The position numbers and the translations under genes were made by a program. From assembly GCA_963708075.1 (NCBI GenBank), contig OY970194.1, positions 6,304,001-6,368,000 of the forward strand: DNA of 64,000 nt. Direction: 5' to 3'. This DNA is from Sedimentisphaerales bacterium (GTDB lineage Bacteria; Planctomycetota; Phycisphaerae; Sedimentisphaerales; Anaerobacaceae). Numbering within the stretch: position 1 is the first letter of the stretch; every line of letters begins with the position of its first letter. The notes beneath the pieces are model-generated. The model saw only the letters and a list, made by a program, of their open reading frames with translations. It did not search any database and had not been told where the DNA came from. This document shows, one piece after another, positions 23,512 to 31,871 of the stretch.

Positions 23512-26500
23512 ATGTATCGAAAACTGCTTTATGTGTTTGCCTTGGGCTTGGTCTGCACGGTGAGCGTCGCGCAGGCGGCGGACTGGGATCGTGCGGTCTA
23601 CTGGGACGCGCGCTGTCGGACGGGCTGGGCCGACAATGACTCGTCCATCGTCGTGCGGGATGGCTGCGTAGCGGCCGGGTACACGCTTCTGGACGCCGAT
23701 CAGCTCAAGACGTGGATGGACGGCCACATTGCCGATAAGGCATTGAGCGTGGTCGTGCTCGCCCGCGACAATGTCCCCAACACGGTAGTCGAGACACCAG
23801 ACGCGACTTGCACCCTCCGGAAGTATCTGGATGCCGGCGGCAAGATCGTGTTCTATGCGGATATTCCCTTCTGGGACATCGCACATACCGATGGCACGTG
23901 GGACAATCCGCAGACAGCAGCACAAAACGCCATTCTGGGAATCGGCACGGACCTCGTGTGGGACAGCGGCAATACGGTGCAGATCACGGGCGCCGGTGCC
24001 GCGTGGGGGTTGACCGCAACATGGGCCTCCCTCAGGGCAACGCCCGCCTCCAAGGTCAGTGTCGCGCTGGCTACGGATGGTGCCGGTAACGCCGCCGCGT
24101 GGGCAAAGTTCTTCGTCCCCGGCGACTGGTACCGAGGCTTCGTCCGGCTCTACGACCGGCCCGGTCGTCCTCCCGTCGAGGACATCATTCGTGCCGCAGA
24201 GTACCGGGGCCTCGAGGCCTATGGTCCCGTGCCGGCGGATGGAACCGTGGATGTGGTAACCCCCATATTCCGGTGGACGGCCAGTGGCGCCGCCAAGACG
24301 CAAAATGTGTATTTCGGCACGAACCCGGAGCCGGGCCAGGCGGAGTTCAAGATGCCTGTGCCGCCGGTAGCGTCGATATACGTGCAGCCGGTGCTTGAAC
24401 CGGGCGCCAAGTACTACTGGCGCGTGGACGCGGTCGCAGCCGATGGCACCGTGTACCCGGGCAAGGTGTGGAGCTTCACAGTGATGCCGGTGAAGGCGAC
24501 AGTGCCGAATCCGGTCGATGACGCCACCTTCATTGTGGAGAAGCCGACCCTGAGTTGGAAGGCCGGCCAGAACTCGCCCACGCACGATGTGTACTTCGGG
24601 ACGGACCCGAATCTCGTGACTGCCGGTGATGCCGGTGTCTTCAAGGGCAACCAGGCGGAGAACTCTTTTGCCGTTGCCGACGCTCTGGAGCGCAATACAG
24701 TCTACTACTGGCGTGTCGATGAGATCGACGCCATGGGCAACAAGTTCGTCGGCGATGTGTGGAGCTTCACGACCACCCTCCCGGGCCTTGGCACTGCCAA
24801 GCGTCAGGTGTGGGAGAACGTCGGCGGCACGGCAGTGGCCAATCTGCTCAGCGACCCGAACTACCCGTTCTCTCCGAGTTGGGCCGATGAGGTGACGGAG
24901 CTCAGGACGCCGCCCGATTTCGCCGACAACTACGGCGGACGCCTGTCGGCGTGGCTGCATGTCCCGGTCGCCGGCGACTACACCTTCTGGGTCGCCAGCG
25001 ATGATGACTCTCAGTTGTTCTTCGGTTCTCACCCCGGCAAGGCGAAGATGATTGCCGCCGTGTGGGGCTGGACCGCGGATCGGGCCTTCGATTGGCAGGC
25101 CACCCAGAAGTCCGCGACGATGAAGCTGGATGCCGGCGTGTACTTCATTGAGGCCCTCTGGAAAGAAGGCGGCGGCGGCGACAACTGCTCGGTGGCCTGG
25201 CAAGGTCCGGGTCTGCGCAGCAGGTCATCGGTGGCGGCTATCTTGAACCGTCCAGCGACCTGTGGGCTGTGAGTCCGAGTCCTGCCGACGGCGCCACGGG
25301 CGTCTATTTCGCGCCCGAGCTCAAGTGGGGCGCTGCCATGAGCGGCAAAGCGCTGGCTCACGACGTGTACTTCGGCGAGAGCGCATCGGCTGTGACCGGT
25401 GCTACGACCACGTCGAAGGAGTACAAGGGCCGGAAGACCGAGACGTCGTTCAAGCCGGGCGACCTCACGCTTGGCAAGACCTACTACTGGCGTGTGGACG
25501 AGGTCGGCGACCCCAATGAAGGCGTCCTGGGAGATGGCGCGGTCTGGAGCTTCAAGGTTTCGGATTACAGCCTCATCGACGATTTCGAGAGCTATGAATT
25601 CGCGAACGTGGCGCCGAAGGCGCCGATTGGCCTGTGGAAGCTCAACGGCGATCTCGTCGACAGCTCCGGCAAGGGCCATGATGGCAAGATGATTGGCACC
25701 GGCGGTTTCGAGGATGACCCCATTATGGGTAAGGTCCTGAGCCTGCCCGGCGGGGACAACCAGTATGTGGAAATCGGCGCAGTCGGTTCTCAGTGGCAAG
25801 ATGCCGACAACGATTGCCTGCTGGGCCAAGGCCGACCACACGAACATTCCGGACTGGACCCTGATCTTCGGGTTCACCGGGACCGAGGCCGGCGGCGGTG
25901 ACTGCGGCAGCCACTTCAATATCGACGTCATTGGCGGGCCCGGCGGCGTCGGCGCCCATGCCTGGTGCTGGGAAGAGACGATCTTCACGGATCAAGAGTC
26001 TCTCGAGTGGCACCACTATGCCATGACCTATGATGGAACCACCATCAAGTACTATGGCGACGGCCTTGCCAAGGACACCGATACCGGCAAGTCCAATGTA
26101 ATGGATCTGTCGATCCGCGGCGACCGCGTCTTCATTGGCAAGCGTGTAACGGCCGCCAACTCCTTCGCAGGCAACGTTGCGGATGCTCGCATCTACAACT
26201 ACGCACTCAGCCCGCTTGAGATCAAGAGCGTCGCTGGGTACGTTCCCACGAGTTTGCTGCCGGATGCCTGGAAGGGCGATGCCGTTGTGTCGGCGTCTCT
26301 CGCATCCAGCGCCGCCCACGCTGGCGGTCAGTCCCTGCAGCTTAAGTACAACACGCGTGTTGTACCCTGTGCCGGTGCGGCCAGCGTCACTCCGCCGTAC
26401 AAGGATCTGACCCGAGGCGGCGCCAACGCGATCTCGGTGTGGGTCAAGGGCGCTCCCAAGAACTACACCGACTGGCTGTTTGTCGCGGTGGCGGACACCG

Positions 26501-26703
26501 GTGGCGCCATGTTCCTGGCTACCTACAAGGACATGAGCGGTCTGTCGAACGGTGAGTGGGCGAACTGGGTAGTTCCTCTGCAGCTCTTCAGTGCCAACGG
26601 CGTGAAGACGACGTCTGCCGCGAAGGTCGGCGTCGGTGCTTTGGCTGGGCGGCCGGGACCCGGGACGTTCTACGTCGACGACGTCCGGTTGATCAAGAAG
26701 TAG
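23512..26703 (+). CDS. large secreted multidomain protein (YYWRVD repeats, PA14, LamG-like); frameshifts near 25216 and 25787
   Basis: Signal peptide; three P-x-P-x-D...VYFG...YYWRVD...VWSF modules; PA14-like YTFWVASDDDSQL...KEGGGGDN; LamG-like WHHYAMTYDG...DARIYNYALS. Confidence 0.85.
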
Positions 26704-26807
26704 TCTGTTAACAAGGGTAATTGAGGCGGTGTACCGCGGCGTCGAGGCAGGTGTTTCTCCTGCGCCGTGGGACCTGCTCACAGCACCCTCCGTGCAATGG
26801 CACGAAC

Positions 26808-26846
26808 CCGAGGCCTGTGTCGATCTGACACAGGCCTCGGTCTTTT
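26808..26846 (+). terminator. intrinsic terminator
   Basis: CCGAGGCCTGTGTC/GACACAGGCCTCGG stem followed by TCTTTT. Confidence 0.8.
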
Positions 26847-27238
26847 ATGGGGGATGCCGGACGACTCATACCCATTCTGGCGGAGTGTTTCCTCCTGCAA
26901 GAAGGCATGTCGGCTGCTGACTTCCGCCAAATCCTGTCACTCCCGTAGATCCGCTCCTTAGCTCCCTGAAGGTCCGAATTTCTTTGGCTTGCCTCCGGTG
27001 GTATGGGCTTTGAGGCCTGTAGAGACACTGAATATGGGATTTGTGCAGGGATGTCCGAGATTGCGAGGTGTCTTCGTCCGAAGACTAAACCGGCAGGCCC
27101 CACTGGACGATATTGCCAACGGATTTCGACTGGGCGGGCGGTAGGGCGAATGATGATTCGCCTGTACTCGGGCCCGCCGCAGAAATGGGGCTGGAAGCCA
27201 AAAAACGTATCGTGACTGAGGACGGGTGGTAACCGAAT

Positions 27239-28111
27239 TTGCCCTTGGTGGCTGGGGCCGAGAGGCTCGCAGTCGGGCGGGAGGACACTATCGTTTTCGA
27301 TGCAACTCTCAAAGATTATCTCAAGGAAATCGACGAGTCATCACTGCTGACGTGGGAGCAGGAGTACGAGCTGGGCAAGCGGGTGGTGGAGGACAACGAC
27401 CCCTTGGCCCGCGAGCAGCTCGTGCGAAGCAATCTGCGGCTGGTGGTCAACATTGCCAAGAAGTACGCCGGGCGGGGCATGGGTCTGAGCGACCTGATAG
27501 AGGAAGGCAACCTCGGCCTGATCAAGGCGGTGGACTACTTCGATCCCGAGCGGGGCACGCGCTTCAGCACGTACGCGGCGTGGTGGATCAAGCAGGGCAT
27601 CAAGCGGGCCCTGCTGGAGAACGTGCAGCCGGTGCACGTGCCGACGTACATGGTCTCGCTGATCAACCAGTGGCGTCACACGGCGGCGGAAGTGGAGGGC
27701 CGGCTCGGCAGGAAGCTGAGCGTCGAGGAGATGGCCCACCTGATGCACATGCCGCTGCGCAAGGCCAACGTCATCCATCACATCGTCGAGGTGCTCAGCA
27801 ACGCCGGGGAAAGCCTCAACGGCGACGACCAGGACGAGAACCAGGTGCTCGAATCGACGCTGGAGGATGAGCACGCCGGCCAGCCGGAGGACTCCCTCGT
27901 CCAGGACGAGGAAAAGGCCAAGGCCATCATGCTGCTCGATGAGATCGAGCCGCGAGAGGCCGAGGTGCTTCGGCTGCATTACGGCTTGGATGGCGGCCGC
28001 CCCCTCACCCTCAAGGAGATCGGCAAGAAGCTGGGCCTGACCCGCGAACGCATTCGGCAGATCCGGCGCGATGCCCTGATCAGCCTCTACGAGTACATGG
28101 AAGCGGAATAG
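27239..28111 (+). CDS. RNA polymerase sigma-70 factor, RpoD/RpoS-like, lacking region 1.1
   Basis: YLKEI, SNLRLVVNIAKKY, DLIEEGNLGLIKAV, RFSTYAAWWIKQ, LTRERIRQI. Start uncertain. Confidence 0.93.
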   Translation: MPLVAGAERLAVGREDTIVFDATLKDYLKEIDESSLLTWEQEYELGKRVVEDNDPLAREQLVRSNLRLVVNIAKKYAGRGMGLSDLIEEGNLGLIKAVDYFDPERGTRFSTYAAWWIKQGIKRALLENVQPVHVPTYMVSLINQWRHTAAEVEGRLGRKLSVEEMAHLMHMPLRKANVIHHIVEVLSNAGESLNGDDQDENQVLESTLEDEHAGQPEDSLVQDEEKAKAIMLLDEIEPREAEVLRLHYGLDGGRPLTLKEIGKKLGLTRERIRQIRRDALISLYEYMEAE

Positions 28112-28122
28112 CCGGATTTCGG

Positions 28123-28251
28123 TATTTACGATTTGCGATTTATGATTTATGATTTATGCGAGTGAGCGCGATGGTTTCTCCATCAGCTCATCGAATTGTG
28201 TCAGCCGCGTAAAGGCTGAATCGTAAATCATCAATTGTAAATCGTAAATCC
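28123..28251. repeat. inverted pair of 7-bp tandem repeat tracts
   Basis: (GATTTAT/GATTTGC-like)n at about 28123-28157 faces (ATCGTAA-like)n at about 28219-28251. Confidence 0.7.
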
Positions 28252-28263
28252 AAGGAGGGGCCG

Positions 28264-28791
28264 ATGACGACCGAACGCATCGCCCTGGCACGATTCATTC
28301 GTGACATTCCGGACTGGCCGAAGAAGGGCATCCTGTTCCGGGACATCACGCCACTGTTGGCCGATCCGCAGGCCTTCCCGGCCGCGATCGACGCCATGTG
28401 CGAGCCATTCGAGGACGCGGGCGTTGAGTATGTCGCCGCTGTCGAGGCTCGCGGATTCATCTTCGGAGCCGCCGCGGCCGCCAGGCTTCGCGCCGGCTTT
28501 GTCCCCATCCGCAAGAAGGGCAAGCTGCCCTGGCAAACGGAGAGCGCCACCTACGAGCTCGAGTACGGCGTGGACACGCTGGAGATGCACCGCGATGCGC
28601 TGCGCCCGGGAGCGAAGGTGCTCATGGTGGATGATCTCCTCGCCACCGGCGGCACGATGCGAGCGGCCTGCCACCTCGTCGAAAAAGTCGGCGGCAAAAT
28701 CGTCGGCGTCGCCTGTCTCGTGGAACTCAAAGCCCTCAACGGCCGAAAACGCCTCACCGGCTACGACGTCCACGCGGTCATCTGTTATTGA
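28264..28791 (+). CDS. apt: adenine phosphoribosyltransferase
   Basis: PDWPKKGILFRDITPLL, EARGF, RKKGKLP, YELEYG, VDDLLATGGT. Confidence 0.97.
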   Translation: MTTERIALARFIRDIPDWPKKGILFRDITPLLADPQAFPAAIDAMCEPFEDAGVEYVAAVEARGFIFGAAAAARLRAGFVPIRKKGKLPWQTESATYELEYGVDTLEMHRDALRPGAKVLMVDDLLATGGTMRAACHLVEKVGGKIVGVACLVELKALNGRKRLTGYDVHAVICY

Positions 28792-29669
28792 CTGCCACTT
28801 TTTCTTTGCCCCGTCACGACACGGTCGTGGCCGATCATGTCTTTGTCCACCTTGATGGACGGGAATAGACCCGTCTTCTCCAGAAGCTCGCGGACGGCGG
28901 GGCCCTGGGTGTAGCCGATCTCCAGGAGCAGGGCGCCGTCGGGCTTCAGGAAGCGGCCCACCTGCTCGCTGATTCTGCGATAGATGTCCAGGCCGTCCTG
29001 CCCGCCGTACAGGGCGAGCCGAGGCTCGTAATCCTTCACGTTTTTCTCCAGTTCCTCGTATTCGGCGGCGCTGACGTAGGGCGGATTGCACGCGATCAGG
29101 TCGAACTGCGTCACGTCGAGCGGCGGGAGCAGCGGCTCAAACAGGTCGCCGTGGAGCAGCTCGATCCGGTCTTCGAGTTGATACTTTTTGATGTTCCTGG
29201 CGGCCACGCCCAGTGCGGCCTCCGAGAGATCCGTGGCGACGACGCGTGCGTCCGGCACGTTCTTCGCGACGGCGACCGCGATTGTGCCGCAGCCCGTGCA
29301 CAGGTCGCAGACGTGGCGGGGCCCCGTGCGCTGCCGGAGAAATTCGATGGCCCGCTGCACGAGCAGCTCGGTCTCCGGCCGGGGAATCAGGCAGTCGGGC
29401 GTGACCTCGAATTCAATGGAGTAGAACTCCGTCCTGCCGACGAGGTAGGCGATGGGCTCGTGCTGGCCGGCACGCTTGACCAGCTCTCGCAGCTTGGCCA
29501 AGTACTCCTCCTCGACGACGCGGTTGTATTGCGTGTAGAGCTCGATCCGTTTCAACCCGAGCACGCTGGACAGCAGAAGCTCTGCGCTGAGGCGGGGTGC
29601 GTCCACCCCTTTCTGCGTCAGGTACTCCGTCGTCCACGTCAGGAGCTTCTGAATCGTCCATTCACTCAT
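28785..29669 (-). CDS. prmC: release factor glutamine methyltransferase
   Basis: EPIAYLVG, LIPRPETE, DLCTGCG, NPPYV. Confidence 0.96.
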   Translation of the reverse strand: MSEWTIQKLLTWTTEYLTQKGVDAPRLSAELLLSSVLGLKRIELYTQYNRVVEEEYLAKLRELVKRAGQHEPIAYLVGRTEFYSIEFEVTPDCLIPRPETELLVQRAIEFLRQRTGPRHVCDLCTGCGTIAVAVAKNVPDARVVATDLSEAALGVAARNIKKYQLEDRIELLHGDLFEPLLPPLDVTQFDLIACNPPYVSAAEYEELEKNVKDYEPRLALYGGQDGLDIYRRISEQVGRFLKPDGALLLEIGYTQGPAVRELLEKTGLFPSIKVDKDMIGHDRVVTGQRKSGSQ

Positions 29670-30352
29670 TCGTGTTGCCTCGCCACAAGAAGATTGTCCT
29701 GCCGGACGATGCGAATGGCGAAGTCATACTTGTCGATTTCCAGCGCCATCTCGACGTCCTGCGGATAGCAGTGCGGCGGATCGGGCTCGGCCAGCCTGGC
29801 AATCTCGCCGCTCTGCAGCACGAGTGTCCGGATCGCGTGCGTATCCTGTTGGCGGCCCTGCAGCAGGTTCCGCAGGTACAGGGCGCACAGCTCATCCTCA
29901 TCCGTGCGTATCAGCCCGTTGTATCCCATGGCCACAATCGTGACCAGCGGGGGGGCCTCGTCCAGGATGGCCCGCGCCGTGGCCTTGGCCGTGACGAGCG
30001 ATCCGGCATAGATCGCCGTCGCGCCTGTCGCCGCCTCGACCCCAACAGTCCCCGCCCGCGTCGACTGGATGACGACCTTATCTTTCAACGGGGCTCGTGC
30101 CATATCATGGGGCGAATTGCCGAAATCAAAGCCCTCCGGCCGCTTGCCGTCCACCTCGCCTACGCACACCTCCCCAACGCCGTTATCCCGAAGTCGCAGT
30201 GCATCATCCGGCTCGGCAACCATGACAATCCGGCTGGCCCCACGCGCCAGCGCAACCGCCGCCGTCGTGAAAGCCCGGAAAACATCTATGATGACTACCG
30301 TTCCCCGGGCCCGTCGTGCACCTTCAATGAGACTCTCTATCCTGATCTCCAT
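29666..30352 (-). CDS. 2-phosphosulfolactate phosphatase (ComB) family protein
   Basis: VVIIDVFRAFTT, GFDFGNSP, STRAGT, EDELCA. Confidence 0.9.
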   Translation of the reverse strand: MEIRIESLIEGARRARGTVVIIDVFRAFTTAAVALARGASRIVMVAEPDDALRLRDNGVGEVCVGEVDGKRPEGFDFGNSPHDMARAPLKDKVVIQSTRAGTVGVEAATGATAIYAGSLVTAKATARAILDEAPPLVTIVAMGYNGLIRTDEDELCALYLRNLLQGRQQDTHAIRTLVLQSGEIARLAEPDPPHCYPQDVEMALEIDKYDFAIRIVRQDNLLVARQHE

Positions 30353-30507
30353 AGAACTCCAAAGAATGCTACCCTGCTACCAACGCCGAGAATACACCAC
30401 CCCCGCCCCCAGGCAAGCAGAATTCCCCGCTGCCTCAGTCTCGCCCGCCCCCAAGCGACATGCCTGCCTGTGCCATAAATCACTGCCTGTAAAACAGTTA
30501 CATTCAG

Positions 30508-31251
30508 ATTGGCTTTGTTTCGCACGGTAGCCGCGGCCAGAAATTGGCTTTGTTTCGCGCAATCCGCCTGTCGTGTAGGGTGGGCTGTGCCCACCATTGT
30601 CCCAGCAGCAAATTGGCTTTGTTTCGCACACCACCCAGCCTGGAAATTGGCTTTGTTTCGCAAAGACCCTCCTTGGCCCTCCCGTAGGGTGTGCCATGCA
30701 CACCATCTGCCTGACAGGGGAGATTGGCTTTGTTTCATACCGGCCTTTGTTCGTAGTGACGCCGCAAGGCGTTTTTTCCGACGCCTGACAGAATTGGCTT
30801 TGTTTTACGCGCAGGCACGATCCGCACTTTCTCTCATAACCCTCTTTCCGACCAGCAGTTAGCATCCACCCTACCTCCTGCAGATTGGCTTTGTTTCGCA
30901 CGATAGCCCCAGCCCTGGTGGGCGGCCCCCCGACAAATTGGCTTTGTTTGGCACAATCAGGTCTTTCGTTCCCGCCCAACAAGCCTGGGCAAATTGGCTT
31001 TGTTTCGCACAGCACCTCCTCAGCCCCCTCTTGCGGTCCGCCGGGCAAAGGAATTGGCTTTGTTTTGCACAGCCGCCCGTCTGGCAATTGGCTTTGTTTC
31101 ACAGAATCAGCCACGCGGTTGTCTCCCGCCCGCTTGCCTGTCTCCTGCAATTGGCTTTGTTTCGCATAATCGGCTCGTTGGCTGTCCATGTTATTGTCAG
31201 GAGCAGAGCAACAAAGCAATCTCGACGCCGGGAATGGAATTGGCTTTGTTT
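30508..31251. repeat. array of 13 direct ATTGGCTTTGTTT repeats with variable spacers (non-CRISPR)
   Basis: Exact 13-mer starts at 30508, 30543, 30612, 30646, 30723, 30793, 30884, 30937, 30993, 31053, 31087, 31150 and 31239. It is commonly extended to AATTGGCTTTGTTTCGCA. Confidence 0.95.
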
Positions 31252-31382
31252 TACAGAATCAGCCATGCGTGGGTCCCCGGCTCTCTTCGTGTTGCCCCGA
31301 TTGGCAAAGATTTGGGCCTCGCTGACACGGTCTCCTATCGCCTCTTTCCTATCCAGGTTCTGTTGTATTTTGTTTAATGAAT

Positions 31383-31411
31383 ATCATACTCAGTGCGGCA
31401 ATATTAGTCAA
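31383..31411 (-). promoter_or_regulatory. sigma-70-type promoter pointing into the repeat array
   Basis: Minus strand TTGACT-N17-TATGAT in an AT-rich context. Confidence 0.7.
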
Positions 31412-31668
31412 GTGAAAAATCCGGAAATCTTCTCAGCCGCTGATCTGCCGGGACTCGCTGACGATTGCCGGTCACTGACAACCGATCTTCATCCCCAGAT
31501 TGCGCAGATTTCACAGATTCAAAAAGGGATTGCTGTGTGAGCTTAGACGCTTGTGCCACGGTGACTTATGTTATCACTACTTTAGGCCACCGAACATGTC
31601 CCGCCTGACAAATAGCACTTCAGTGGCGTCCTGACGTGCGTTTCAACACCTTCACGCAAGAAAGACCC

Positions 31669-31697
31669 TTGCCTACTCGGCATTCATCCGGCATAAT
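31669..31697 (+). promoter_or_regulatory. possible promoter of the REase-NTPase gene
   Basis: TTGCCT-N17-CATAAT. Confidence 0.45.
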
Positions 31698-31871
31698 ACA
31701 CGATTGATGGGCATCACTGATGAAGCTGCGGGGAAATGGTTCGAGGTATTAGCTGGCAACGTACCTGCAACAGCTCGGGGACCTGTCAGCTTATTCACGA
31801 TAATGAGATGTGGAACTTGGCCCCATTCTCCCGAGGCGGAAGGCCGTAGAGTTTAGCGAGACTTCTGAGCG

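Noticed and set aside
30377..31219. 280-aa ORF and overlapping ORFs across the repeat array
   Set aside because: The repeats appear in all three frames within one ORF (KQSQ, TKPI, NKAN) and REP hairpins are translated. Most likely spurious.
30508..31251. CRISPR array
   Set aside because: The repeat core is only 13-18 bp and non-palindromic. The period varies from 34 to 91 bp, spacers contain host REPs, and no cas genes are in the window.
31520..31871. tRNA or att site marking an integrated island around the NTPase gene
   Set aside because: No cloverleaf, integrase or flanking direct repeat was found by eye.
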